This document shows, piece after piece, positions 20,309 to 30,551 of a stretch of DNA of 64,000 nucleotides. The stretch covers positions 689,016 to 753,015 of the forward strand of contig CAWIGJ010000003.1 of the NCBI GenBank assembly GCA_963835655.1, given 5' to 3'. Positions within the stretch are counted from its first letter, which is position 1. Each line of letters opens with the position of its first letter. The notes under the pieces are model-generated. The model searched no databases and was not told where the DNA came from. It saw only the letters and a list, made by a program, of their open reading frames with translations. The stretch is from an uncultured Chloroflexia bacterium (lineage in GTDB: Bacteria; Chloroflexota; Dehalococcoidia; DSTF01; JALHUB01). The translations under genes and the position numbers were made by a program.

Positions 20309-20788
20309 CTAGTACAAGAGCTCTGTGTTGCGCTCCGTCGCCACGAGGTTGCCATCTGAGTTGTAGTAGTTCGACTCGCCAACGACGATAAGCATATTGC
20401 CCATTCGCCCTGGTCTCTCCTGTAGATCGGCGATCTTGGTGACCCGTGTCAGTACGTCGCCGGCGCAGATCTCCTCATCGTAGTACTCGAATGCCGTTCC
20501 GCCGTTCAAAGCGCGTGTGATTCGCAGGCCTGGGATAGGCGGGAATCCCCTTATGTTGATCGAGCTCCCGGGAGCAAAGACGACCTGCCCTAGAAAGCCG
20601 GGTGGCGCCACTATGCCGCGATGCCCTTTGCTCTTTGCATAGTCCTCGTCGTAGTAGACAAGGTCGGTGTAGCCGACAGCGCGGGCAAACCAACGGATTG
20701 TCGTCTTGTCGAGCTCCATCTTGGCGGGCTCACCTTCCTTGCCGATGATGGCCCGCATCTCGTCACTGATACGCGATTCTTGAGTCAC
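20309..20788 (-). CDS. MaoC-like / FAS1-like dehydratase N-terminal (hotdog) domain protein
   Basis: 159 aa; hotdog-fold hydratase-like sequence (GIVAPPGFLG...GNMLIVVGESNYYNSDGNLVATERNTELLY). Confidence 0.55.
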   Translation of the reverse strand: MTQESRISDEMRAIIGKEGEPAKMELDKTTIRWFARAVGYTDLVYYDEDYAKSKGHRGIVAPPGFLGQVVFAPGSSINIRGFPPIPGLRITRALNGGTAFEYYDEEICAGDVLTRVTKIADLQERPGRMGNMLIVVGESNYYNSDGNLVATERNTELLY

Positions 20789-20989
20789 GGTGCCTCATGC
20801 CCCCTCGTTTTCATATTGTGCTGCTATTATGGCGTTTAGGGGCTTAGGGGAAAAGCGACCCAAATGACACGCAAGGATCGCCTTCTGCCTGGTAAGTGTC
20901 TCCCCAGGACGTCTATGGGATGCTGGAAGCACGAAGGGTTACAATTGAGAGAACGTTGAGTGGGTGCAAGGCGGGAACAGTACGGATAG

Positions 20990-22087
20990 ATGCTTGCGCT
21001 GCAAGAGATAAGACGGAAGAAGCTTCAGTTCGGGCTCATCACCCTGATCGTGGGCCTTATCGTCTACCTGCTCGTAATGATAGGCGCACTGGGAAGCGGT
21101 CTGATGTCCGCTATGTCCGGCGCCGTCAATTCCTTCAATGTCGACCTCGTTGTCTTCAGCGGAGATTCGAACAACAGCTTCCTGAGGAGTGAATTGACGG
21201 CTGACCAAGAGCAATCTATTGCTCAGCTGATGGGTGCCGAAAAAACGGGAGCAATCGGCTACATGGTCGCCACGGCGCAGCGCCGAGCCGGGAGTGAAGA
21301 AGTTGCTTTATTCGGTTTCCAGCCAAAAAGTGTCGTCGAGCCGGCTGTCAGCTCAGGTCGCCCAATCGACGGTCAAAACGAGATCCTTATCGATAAGAGT
21401 CTGTCTCGCTCCAGTGGCTTAGGCCTCGGTGATAGCATCATCATGCGGAGTGCGCTGAAAGACTATGAATTCACGATCGTCGGCGAAGTTGAGAACGGAG
21501 AGTTCCTGGGGCTGCCCGCCGCCTACGTAGACATCAACCAGTGGCGCGAGATGCGTTATCCGGGCCAGGGAAACGAAGCTCCCGCCGCCAGCGCAATTCT
21601 AATTCGAGGTGGCGGAAGTGATGTGGCAGCCCGTGTGGAAGCAACGGTTAGCAATTCGAGTGTTATCACTAAGAGCGCCGCGATAGACTCGATCGGTGGC
21701 GTCAAACAGCAACAACAGGTGGTGATGACGATTGAGCTTTTCGGCTTCGTCATCGGAGCTCTTGTTATGGGCTCTTTCTTCTTCGTTTTGACGATGCAGC
21801 GGTCATATGAGATCGCCATATTCAAGGCAGTTGGCGCCTCCAACTGGTGGGTATTCGGCCAGCTGGTCCGGCAGGTAGCGGTTGTCGTCCTGGCCGGCGT
21901 CGCTCTGGGCATTCCACTGGCTTTGTTGACCGCAGCAGCCATCCCTTCCGACGTTCCCCTGAGAGTGACAGCGGGGGCGTTCCTGACGGGCGGCATCAGC
22001 ATGACGGTCGCCGCGCTTCTAGGGGCGATCTTCTCGGCCCGTCAGGTCGTTCGAGTGAATCCGATGAGCGCACTAGGCCAGATGTGA
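20990..22087 (+). CDS. ABC transporter permease, FtsX/MacB-like
   Basis: 365 aa; N-terminal TM, large periplasmic loop, three C-terminal TMs (FtsX domain). Confidence 0.75.
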   Translation: MLALQEIRRKKLQFGLITLIVGLIVYLLVMIGALGSGLMSAMSGAVNSFNVDLVVFSGDSNNSFLRSELTADQEQSIAQLMGAEKTGAIGYMVATAQRRAGSEEVALFGFQPKSVVEPAVSSGRPIDGQNEILIDKSLSRSSGLGLGDSIIMRSALKDYEFTIVGEVENGEFLGLPAAYVDINQWREMRYPGQGNEAPAASAILIRGGGSDVAARVEATVSNSSVITKSAAIDSIGGVKQQQQVVMTIELFGFVIGALVMGSFFFVLTMQRSYEIAIFKAVGASNWWVFGQLVRQVAVVVLAGVALGIPLALLTAAAIPSDVPLRVTAGAFLTGGISMTVAALLGAIFSARQVVRVNPMSALGQM

Positions 22088-22767
22088 TGAGCGAAGACGA
22101 TAGAGGACTGGTCGCGCAATCGCTAGCCAGAATCTACGGGTCAGGCGAAACGACGGTGGAGGCAGTTCGTGACGCCTCTCTCACCGTGCGTCCGGGCGAG
22201 TTCGTTGCAGTCGTCGGACCGAGCGGCTCTGGCAAGACGACCCTTCTGGCGATGCTTGGCGGACTGCTGCCTCCTAGCCGCGGTCGCGTTGTTGTCGCTG
22301 ACATTGACATAGGACAGCTGAATGAGGCGCAGCGGGCGCGCTTCCGCAGAGAGCGCGTGGGCTTCGTTTTCCAGGGCTTCAACCTGGTGCCGTACCTGAC
22401 CGCCGAGCAGAACCTGCTGGTGATCGCTGCCATTTCCGGTAAACTGAACGGAGACGCGCGGAGGAGAGCGCGCCAGCTGCTTCAGGAGTTGGGAATCAGG
22501 GAACGTTCGCATCACCTGCCCGGGAAGCTCTCGGGCGGAGAGAGACAGCGGGTGGCTATTGGTCGAGCGCTCGTGAATGACCCGCTTCTGGTGCTAGTGG
22601 ACGAGCCAACCTCGAACTTGGATTCGGAACAGGGCAGCGCCGTTGTGCGGAGTCTGGCGGACGAGGTCAAGTCGCGCAACAAGATCGGCGTAATGGTGAC
22701 GCACGATCGCCGTATGCTCGAGTATGTGGACAGAGTACTCGAGATCGCCGACGGGCGCTTGCTCTAG
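22087..22767 (+). CDS. ABC transporter ATP-binding protein (MacB/LolD-like)
   Basis: Starts MSEDDRGL at ATG 22087 (TGATG-type overlap). Walker A GPSGSGKTT, signature LSGGERQR, Walker B LVLVDEPT. Confidence 0.85.
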   Translation: MSEDDRGLVAQSLARIYGSGETTVEAVRDASLTVRPGEFVAVVGPSGSGKTTLLAMLGGLLPPSRGRVVVADIDIGQLNEAQRARFRRERVGFVFQGFNLVPYLTAEQNLLVIAAISGKLNGDARRRARQLLQELGIRERSHHLPGKLSGGERQRVAIGRALVNDPLLVLVDEPTSNLDSEQGSAVVRSLADEVKSRNKIGVMVTHDRRMLEYVDRVLEIADGRLL

Positions 22768-22974
22768 CATGAATCGCGTTCCGGGTTGGGGCGTCGCGGT
22801 GTGAACAGCGCGACTCGCTGCTGATAACTTGATTCCCCACTCGCAATTCCTTGTCCCGGAGTGTTGACATTACCGATCAATGGGGTCACATTCTCGTCGA
22901 TGATGCTTCTCACGGCGATCGCCATAACCGGCACTTCGTGTTTTCAATCTGCGTGGATAGCGGGAGACGGGCCC

Positions 22975-24225
22975 ATGAAGGATCGAATGACATCTCGGGA
23001 ACGGGTGCTGGCCGCACTCAATCACCAGGAACCGGACCGCGTACCCATCGACTTCGGGTCCAACTATAACACCAGTGTGAACGTCATCGCCTACAACCGG
23101 CTGAAGCGGCACCTGGGAATAACCAGCCCCACTTACATGCGCTACACCATCCCCATGCTTGCCGCGCCGGACCTCGACGAGGGTCGGGAGGTCCTGAAGA
23201 TGATGGGAGGCGACGTTCTGCCGATCCCCCGCTACCACGTCGATGGCGTCCTCACCAAAGACTGGAAGGAATGGGAGCTCAAGGACGGCTCAACGGCGAT
23301 GGTGCCAGGCCGCTTCAATCCTGTCATGAACGAAGACGGATCTCTGGAACTCGTCTTTGGCGGCATCACGCAGTTCCGGATGCCTAAGAATGGCCATTAC
23401 TTCGACCGCATCTTTAGTCCATTCGCCGCAATTGAGAACCGCCAGCAGCTGGAGGAGTTGCTCTCCCTGTTCAGGGCGCGTGGCGTCATGCGAATGCGCG
23501 ACGATGAGGCAGACGTCCTGGCATCGTGGGCGAAGACGGCGTACGAGGATACAGACCACGCGCTGCTTGGCGATACATACGGGTTTTCCATCTTCCACGT
23601 TGGACTCGAGGCATTTGGCTACAACAAGTACTTCATGATGATGGCTGCCGACCCGGACATGGTCCACACGTGGATGACGGGCATCATTGAGGAGTTCGAG
23701 GCGTTCTTCGCTGGCTACCTGAGGGCGGTGGGGCCATACATAGTCGCTGTGCTGCTCGGCGATGACTACGGCACGCAGCGCGCACCCATGATCTCAGTCA
23801 GGATGTTCAGAGAGCTGTTCAAGCCGTATTTAACCCGCATGTGCAAGTTCATCCACGAGACCAGCCCCAACGTCAAAGTGCTAATGCATTCGTGCGGCGC
23901 TGTGGAGCCGTTGATCCCTGAGTTCATTGATGCTGGCGTTGACGCTCTCAATCCTGTCCAGACGACAGCGGAAGGCATGGACCCCGCCACGCTGAAGCGC
24001 GAATTTGGCAAGGATATCGTCTTCTGGGGCGGCGGCGTTCGCTGCCAGACCACGCTAGCGAATGGGACGGCGGACGAGGTGACGGAAGAGGTCAAGGGAC
24101 TATTGACCTCTTGGAAGCCCGGCGGCGGTTACGTTTTTTGCCCTGACCACGATATCCAGGAGAACGTGCCGCCGGAGCGAATTCTGGCGACTTACCAGGC
24201 CGCGCAGAAGTACGGATGGTACTAG
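22975..24225 (+). CDS. Uroporphyrinogen decarboxylase (URO-D) family protein, MtaA/CmuA-like; paralog 1
   Basis: Starts MKDRMTSRERVLAALNHQEPDRVPIDFG at ATG 22975. URO-D-fold C-terminal region (MHSCGAVEPLIPEFIDAGVDALNPVQ). Confidence 0.75.
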   Translation: MKDRMTSRERVLAALNHQEPDRVPIDFGSNYNTSVNVIAYNRLKRHLGITSPTYMRYTIPMLAAPDLDEGREVLKMMGGDVLPIPRYHVDGVLTKDWKEWELKDGSTAMVPGRFNPVMNEDGSLELVFGGITQFRMPKNGHYFDRIFSPFAAIENRQQLEELLSLFRARGVMRMRDDEADVLASWAKTAYEDTDHALLGDTYGFSIFHVGLEAFGYNKYFMMMAADPDMVHTWMTGIIEEFEAFFAGYLRAVGPYIVAVLLGDDYGTQRAPMISVRMFRELFKPYLTRMCKFIHETSPNVKVLMHSCGAVEPLIPEFIDAGVDALNPVQTTAEGMDPATLKREFGKDIVFWGGGVRCQTTLANGTADEVTEEVKGLLTSWKPGGGYVFCPDHDIQENVPPERILATYQAAQKYGWY

Positions 24226-24226
24226 G

Positions 24227-24256
24227 AGCGACACCTCCCGGGCGGGAGGTGTCGCT
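24227..24256 (+). terminator. GC-rich hairpin directly after the URO-D paralog 1 stop codon
   Basis: agcgacacctccc-gggc-gggaggtgtcgct: 13-bp perfect stem, no U-tract. Confidence 0.45.
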
Positions 24257-25046
24257 GGTACCCGCAACGGTCGTCATCCATAACCTTCGCGTTCGATATC
24301 GGCCTTGTTTTGGGCGCAGCCAATCCTCAAGGAGCATCTTCTCGAACCCCCCTTTGTGGGTCAACGATCAGGAAAAGGGGTGGGTCGAGGCAGTCCTTGG
24401 GGCGAATCACGGATCGGGGATACCGGCGCGCACCTCGAGACGGGGTGGTTTATCAGTGACGCGTCTCATTATCCGCCGCTCACAGCATCCGGGTGTGTGG
24501 CGTCTGCTCAGTTGCCAGCCTCGATGAGGTTTGTTGGGACTTCCAGGCGGGGTGCCGGTCTTCTTCTTGGGCTTGCGCCGCCGCCGCCAGATACTCAATT
24601 AGTGAAGCGATGGCGGCCTTACTCGTAGGAGTTCAGCTACTCTGTGCCCAAGAGGGTCAAGCTTGTTCCATTTCCAGTCGGCCTCCATTTCGTGCTCCAG
24701 GTTATGGTGCCTCAGGTTCCAATCCTCTGCAGATGACGATCCCGGGGTCGGCTCCAGGAACCCAGTTGTCGGCGCTTACGGCATCAGATCGTACGGTTTC
24801 TTGCAGCCGAGGACGTCTATCAAACTGGCGACTCGCTGACCATAAATCGGACGCCCGGACTATCCTCCTTGGCGTCTGTCGCTTCTGGGGACGGTGGTAT
24901 TATGAGGTCACAGTATTGCTTTCCCGGCGTGGGAAGCTGTGAAGGGTTCATGGAAGGCCTGCGTTGGGAACAAAGGGGCTTCATGGCCCTGCTGGCAAAA
25001 CAAAGAGCAGCCTCGGCTAGGAGCCGCATAGTGAAGATTTCGTGGC

Positions 25047-27506
25047 ATGGCTGAGATGGCACGGGGCGCGGAGAACGCCAGCCTCTTGCACGGCCTGACG
25101 GAGGCCGAGGCCGCGGCGCGCCGGGAGCGCGGGCAAGGCAACTTCCTTCATGCTGGGCCAAGCCGCTCGTATCGACGCATCATCCTCCAAAACAGCGTCA
25201 ACCCCATCAACATCACACTGTTCGTGATCTGTGTTGCTCTAGCTATCCTGCGCCTATTCGGCGACGCGGCCATGACCGCCAGCCTGGTCGTCGCCAACAT
25301 CGTCGTCGGCGTCTTTCAAGAAGCCCGCGCGAAGCAAAAGCTTGACCAGATCGCCCTCCTAGCACGGCCTACTGCGACAATCATCCGCGAAGGACGCACA
25401 CGGACGGTAGACCAGGAGGAAGTAGTACTGGGCGATACCCTCGTGGTCAAGCCCGGCGATCAGTTCGTTGTCGATGGGGAAGTTGTGTCGGAAAAAGGGC
25501 TGACAGTGGATGAATCGCCCCTCACCGGCGAATCAGATCTGATACCCAAGAACGCGGGCGACCCTGTTCATTCTGGTACCTACTGCATGGCCGGGCGTGC
25601 CGCCTACGTCGCCCAGAAGGTGGGCACCGACAGCCTTGCCCAGCAACTGACTATCCAGGCCCGAGAGTTCCGCACCGTCCACACGCCCTTGCAGCGAGAG
25701 GTAGGGGTTGTCCTGCGCGTGATGGCCGTCCTAGTCGTTGCGTTGTCTATTCAGGTGGTGCGTTCGTACCAGGGTTCATCGCCTGATCTGCCCGTATCCG
25801 ACGCGTTTAAGGCAGCGGCTGTGTTGGCAAGCCTCGTGCCGCAAGGGCTCTCGCTTATGGTCACGGTGACCTATGCAATGGCGGTGGTTCGCATGGCCGG
25901 CAGCGGCGCCCTGATTCAGCGGATAAACTCCGTCGAGTCTACCAGCTACGTCGATATCCTCTGCTTCGACAAGACTGGGACCCTCACAACCAACAAACTC
26001 AAGTTGGCGAGTATTCAGCCGCTTGCAGCCGATGCAGATACCGTGCAGACGCTGCTCGGGAATTTTGCGACGAGCACGCCGGCAGGCAATCAGACGATCG
26101 CGGCGATCAGTGCCGCGTGCCCGGGGGAAACACGCGCTGTGCACGATGAGGTGCAGTTTTCGTCCGATCGGAAGTGGAGCGGACTAGCCCTGGCTGATGC
26201 AGACGGCCCCGGCGCTGTTTACGTGCTCGGAGCACCGGAGGTGCTGCAATCAGCCCTACGGGACGGCATCGGCATCCAGCAGCAGGCCGATGAATGGGCG
26301 GCGCGCGGCCTCAGGGTGCTCCTCTTCGCGATGGCCGCGGACGGGGCCGGCCTGCACAGCGTGTCGGGCGAACCTCGTCTGCCCGCTAGCCTGCAGCCGC
26401 TCGCTCTGGTCAGCCTGCGTGACGAGTTGCGTCCGGAGGCAAAGGAGACCATCTCGGAATTCGCGAAGGCCAACATCGGACTCAAGATTATCTCCGGCGA
26501 CAACCCCGATACGGTGGCGGCGCTCGCCAAGCAGGCAGGATTCGCCTCTGACCTCCGGACCGTTTCCGGGTTTGATCTGGATAGACTGAACGAGAGCCAA
26601 CTCGGGAAGCTGGCGGAAGAGACAACGGTGTTCGGGCGAATCACGCCGCAGCAAAAGGAACGCCTCGTGCACGCGCTGCGCCGCCGGAAGCACTACGTAG
26701 CCATGATTGGTGACGGCGTCAATGACGTGTTGGCGCTCAAGCAAGCAGACCTCGCAATCGCCATGCGGAGCGGCAGCCAGGTGTCCAGCAATGTGGCCGA
26801 TGTCGTGCTGCTCAATGATTCCTTCGGCGCCCTTCCAAAGGCTTTTCTTGAGGGGCAGCGAATCCGGCGCGGGATGATGGACATCATTCGGCTGTTCCTG
26901 GCGAGGACTCTCTCAGTCGCCCTGATAATATTCGGGGCCACGCTCATCGGAGCAGCCTTCCCTATAACGCCGCGGCAGAACGGAGTGCTGGCGTTCTTGA
27001 CCGTCGGGATTCCCACGTTTGCCCTCGCCGCCTGGGCGCGGCCCGGGCGCACGCCGCGTCACCTGGTTCCCTCCAGCGGCCACTTCGTCGTGCCCGCGGC
27101 AGTCTCGATGGCTTTCGTGGGCGTGATCATCTACGATTTCTACCTTTCGAATAGCGGGGCAGTCATTTCGGCACAGAGCGCCTTGACGACTATCACTATC
27201 CTTTGCGGGCTGCTGCTCATTCCGTTCGCTCAGCCCCCGACGGAAACGTTCGTAGGCGGCAGTCCCTTGAACGGCGACTGGCGCCCAACCATGCTGGCCG
27301 CAGGGATGCTGATCCTGTTTGGCGTGCTCCTGGGTGTCTCAACGTTACGCAACTTCTTCGAATTACAGGTTCTCAGCGTGCCGGAATACGCGATCATCGC
27401 CTATGTCGTGTTAGGCTGGGCAGTCGCTCTCCGGTTTGTCTGGCGGATGGATCTGCCCGGTCGGGTGGGAAGGCTCTGGCGGCAGATCATCGCGTGGAGG
27501 CCATAA
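25047..27506 (+). CDS. Cation-transporting P-type ATPase (P2/P3-type, likely Ca2+/Mg2+)
   Basis: 819 aa; phosphorylation motif DKTGTLT, hinge GDGVNDVLALKQADL, 8-10 TM segments. Confidence 0.85.
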   Translation: MAEMARGAENASLLHGLTEAEAAARRERGQGNFLHAGPSRSYRRIILQNSVNPINITLFVICVALAILRLFGDAAMTASLVVANIVVGVFQEARAKQKLDQIALLARPTATIIREGRTRTVDQEEVVLGDTLVVKPGDQFVVDGEVVSEKGLTVDESPLTGESDLIPKNAGDPVHSGTYCMAGRAAYVAQKVGTDSLAQQLTIQAREFRTVHTPLQREVGVVLRVMAVLVVALSIQVVRSYQGSSPDLPVSDAFKAAAVLASLVPQGLSLMVTVTYAMAVVRMAGSGALIQRINSVESTSYVDILCFDKTGTLTTNKLKLASIQPLAADADTVQTLLGNFATSTPAGNQTIAAISAACPGETRAVHDEVQFSSDRKWSGLALADADGPGAVYVLGAPEVLQSALRDGIGIQQQADEWAARGLRVLLFAMAADGAGLHSVSGEPRLPASLQPLALVSLRDELRPEAKETISEFAKANIGLKIISGDNPDTVAALAKQAGFASDLRTVSGFDLDRLNESQLGKLAEETTVFGRITPQQKERLVHALRRRKHYVAMIGDGVNDVLALKQADLAIAMRSGSQVSSNVADVVLLNDSFGALPKAFLEGQRIRRGMMDIIRLFLARTLSVALIIFGATLIGAAFPITPRQNGVLAFLTVGIPTFALAAWARPGRTPRHLVPSSGHFVVPAAVSMAFVGVIIYDFYLSNSGAVISAQSALTTITILCGLLLIPFAQPPTETFVGGSPLNGDWRPTMLAAGMLILFGVLLGVSTLRNFFELQVLSVPEYAIIAYVVLGWAVALRFVWRMDLPGRVGRLWRQIIAWRP

Positions 27507-27663
27507 CGCGGACCCACCCCTCGGTGCGGAATCGCGGGCGCACTAATCGAGTGAGTATGAGCACGGGAGGGCAGCTTACGCCCAGCTTCAGAAGGAAGTG
27601 AAAGACGCGAAAGCTCGCTCGAAGGACAAGAGGACGAAGGCTTCAAAAGGCGAGGCATTGTTT

Positions 27664-27680
27664 CCACCTTGAAAGGGTGG
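27664..27680. terminator. Short hairpin between the convergent ATPase and usp genes
   Basis: ccacc-ttgaaag-ggtgg: 5-bp stem, 7-nt loop. Confidence 0.3.
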
Positions 27681-27736
27681 CGTCCTGCGCTGCCAGACGA
27701 TGGGTGCCCGGGACATGGCTGAGGCGACGCGCGATT

Positions 27737-28636
27737 CTACGCCTGCCTCTTGGCCTCCGGCGGCCGCACAATCAGACAGGGAAGCGTAGTCCGGTGCACC
27801 ACGCCTTCGGCCACGCTCCCCATTGCCCATCGAGCCAGCCCAGAGCGGCCATGAGAACTGAGGGCGATCAGGTCAGCCTCAGCATCGTGAGCAGCCTGCA
27901 CGATCTCGTTCGCGCCTGAGCCAACCACCACAACCGGGCTAGCCCTGACGCCGCGCCCTTCCACCTCCTTGACGATTCCGGCCAGGAACTGGCGAGACCA
28001 GGTGAGCTGCTCGTGAAGAAAGTCGCCCGTTGGAGTGATGAATCCGGCGCCGACGTAGGTGGTTAGGGGTATAACCACGTTGAGCAGGACCAGCGAAGCG
28101 TCGAGGGCCCTGCCAAGGTCCTCGATGAACGGGAGAACTGCCAGTGACTGCTCCGAGCCGTCGAGGGGTACAAGGATCTTCTTGAGGGCAGGAATGTTCG
28201 TAGCCTTCGCGGCCGCTGACGTTGGTCGGACCAGCAGAAGGGGGCAATAGGTGCCGTGGAAGACCTTCTGGGCAACGCTTCCGAAAACCCAGCGTTTGAA
28301 CCCGGACCGGCCATGGATACTCATAGCGACAAGATCTACGTTCTCGTCGGCGACGCGGGCCAAGATCGCTTCGGCTGCCGGGCCCGACGCGATGCTATTC
28401 GTCGCTGTGACACCTTTGGCCTGAAGCTCCCCGACCTTGGACTTCAGATAGGTTTGGATGAGGGGCACCCATCTATGATCGACCTGCGCTGGCTGGCCCG
28501 CCCAGGAGTCGTCCTGATACACTGACGTCAGAAGGAGGACTTCGGCGCCCGTCTTCATGGCAATCTGCTCGGCGTAGGGGAGAGCATTCTCTGCTAGGTC
28601 GGAACCGTCTAGCGGTACCAGGATCTTCTTGATCAT
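27737..28636 (-). CDS. Tandem universal stress protein (two UspA domains)
   Basis: Starts MIKKILVPLDGS at 28636-28634. Two repeats of the Usp pattern (ILVPLDGS...HGRSG...GSVA). Confidence 0.8.
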   Translation of the reverse strand: MIKKILVPLDGSDLAENALPYAEQIAMKTGAEVLLLTSVYQDDSWAGQPAQVDHRWVPLIQTYLKSKVGELQAKGVTATNSIASGPAAEAILARVADENVDLVAMSIHGRSGFKRWVFGSVAQKVFHGTYCPLLLVRPTSAAAKATNIPALKKILVPLDGSEQSLAVLPFIEDLGRALDASLVLLNVVIPLTTYVGAGFITPTGDFLHEQLTWSRQFLAGIVKEVEGRGVRASPVVVVGSGANEIVQAAHDAEADLIALSSHGRSGLARWAMGSVAEGVVHRTTLPCLIVRPPEAKRQA

Positions 28637-29074
28637 TGACGACCTCCATGGGCCAGGGCGGACCTGACACCGACAACGATACCACATGATAGCCCGAAAG
28701 GCTCCCGTCGGGCTTCGACTGATGGGCGAAGACCGCCCGAGTTCGCTACTTCTAAAGCGGCGATCCGAGCACATTGACGCCTGCGGCAGTCGTCTCTACA
28801 ATCGCGGCGATGAGAATATCCGTAGCTCCCCGTTGCGGGGGCTTCGTGACCCTGGACGGCTGGGAGCGCGATGGGACGCTCCACTGCATCAATTGCGGGT
28901 TCGTCGCATGGTCACATCTGCCGACCATGACAAGTCCGCGTAGGCCCGCTAAAGTCGGGGTTGTGCGATGAAGGCTAGGCACCCCTTCATGCTCGCCAGC
29001 GTCCTCACTACGGCGAGGGCGACATCGCCTGAGAAAGAGAGCATCCATGGATTTGGCAACAAGCGAGCTAAGAA

Positions 29075-29647
29075 ATGGCTGAGGACCGCATCTTGGAGTA
29101 TTGGCTGGCGCAGATGCGGGAGCCTGACCTAGTTTCGCGCAAAAGAGCCTGCAAGGCGTTGGGCAAGCTGGGAGACGTGCGGGCGGTGGGGCCCCTCATC
29201 GAGCGGTTGGGCGATAAGGACTTCGTTGGGCGCGAGTCTGCCTGCGAGGCTCTGGGCAACCTGGGAGATGTGCGGGCGGTGGAGCCCCTTATCGACCGGT
29301 TGGGCGACATAGAGTCTGTGGTGCGCTGGGCTGCCTGCGAGGCTCTAGGCAAGCTGGGAGACGCGCGGGCGGTGGGGCCCCTCATCGAGCGGTCGGGGGA
29401 CAAGAACCGGGACGTGCGCTGGGCTGCCTGCGAGGCTCTAGGCAAGCTGGGAGACGCGCGGGCGGTGGAGCCCCTTATCGAGCGGTCGGGAGACAAGTAC
29501 TCTGAGGTGCGCGAGGCTGCCGTCAGAGCATTGGGGAACATCAGCGACGCACGCGTTGCTGAGCCGTTAACCGCAGCCCTGAAGGACAGCGATAGAGGCG
29601 TCAGCCGGGCGGCTGCCGAGGCCCTCGAGGAGATGCGAAAGGCATAG
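29075..29647 (+). CDS. HEAT-repeat (PBS lyase HEAT-like) protein
   Basis: 190 aa with five to six roughly 31-aa repeats of RxxACEALGxLGDxRAVxPLIERLGDxD. Confidence 0.8.
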   Translation: MAEDRILEYWLAQMREPDLVSRKRACKALGKLGDVRAVGPLIERLGDKDFVGRESACEALGNLGDVRAVEPLIDRLGDIESVVRWAACEALGKLGDARAVGPLIERSGDKNRDVRWAACEALGKLGDARAVEPLIERSGDKYSEVREAAVRALGNISDARVAEPLTAALKDSDRGVSRAAAEALEEMRKA

Positions 29648-29856
29648 TCTCCACCAATGGCTGCCCCGACTGGAGCCATGCCCTTTGAGAGGTCGAATCC
29701 CGATTCCCGCTCCAGAACACAGACATACTGTTGAAGGCTGAGCAAAGCGTTCGGCCTTCTCTCCGCCCTTGTCGCTGACCATCTACGCTGTCTGGCAGGC
29801 AAGGTGGAACTGCGTTGCCAAGTGGCTGCACGTTCCGCCATTCTCCGCCGTACTGC

Positions 29857-30261
29857 CTAGACACCGAGAAACGAGAGAAAGAACCCCGCGAGCAGCAGCA
29901 CGTCGCCAATGCTGAAGCGTATGAAGCGGTTGCCGAAATTGTCGGCGAGGAACGTTAGCCGCGTCCCACTCTCCTTCTGCACCCAGACAGAGCGCGCTGG
30001 CCCCTGCATCTTCCTGTGCGAGGCCACCGGCATGAAGCCGCCGTTGGCCAGCGTGACCAAGGCGTTGCACAAGATGCCAGCAGCAAACGCGTACTGCGCG
30101 ATCCCGGCCTGCCATCCCAGGAACAGAAAGGCGGCGGCCAACCCCCAGAACAGCGCGCATGCGGCCAGCCCGGGGTCAACTCGCGTTCCACGACAAATGC
30201 ATGCAGTTCGTGGTGGAGCCTGGACAGGTCGATGTCCTTGTGGGGAGCTCATCGGAAGACA
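29857..30261 (-). CDS. Small membrane protein, DUF5317-like (possibly N-terminally truncated)
   Basis: C-terminal 134 aa of ORF 29857..30690 has TM segments and LANGGFMPV / SIGDVLLLAGF motifs resembling DUF5317 as I recall it. The upstream part of that ORF looks non-coding. Plus-strand ORF 29909..30493 judged a shadow ORF. Confidence 0.35.
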   Translation of the reverse strand, partial: CLPMSSPQGHRPVQAPPRTACICRGTRVDPGLAACALFWGLAAAFLFLGWQAGIAQYAFAAGILCNALVTLANGGFMPVASHRKMQGPARSVWVQKESGTRLTFLADNFGNRFIRFSIGDVLLLAGFFLSFLGV

Positions 30262-30551
30262 TCCGGCTGAGCGGGAGCTTCGAGATTGCCGGCAAGCGGC
30301 GTCTGCTTCAGCGCTCCGAACTCGTGCCGACGACCGTGACTGTGCAGTAGCCGCAACTGCTCGGATCCTATCAGCGTCGGCATCGCCGGTCTGGGCGATT
30401 GCTTCTGCTCTAGCACGTGCCACGGTCTCAGCAGAGGTTGCTTCCGCCGGCAGAGTAAAGTTTGAGTTCTGGATGGGGAAACTAGTAACTTGATAGTGGA
30501 GCCCGCTAGCTCGATGCACTGGACTGCTTGGAAGGGAAAAGGAGAACAGAC

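Noticed and set aside
29909-30493. Plus-strand 194-aa ORF and several other overlapping ORFs between 29650 and 30530
   Set aside because: Shadow ORFs typical of high-GC DNA: Arg/Ala/Pro-rich, no motifs. The only coding-like signal is the minus-strand DUF5317-like C-terminal segment.
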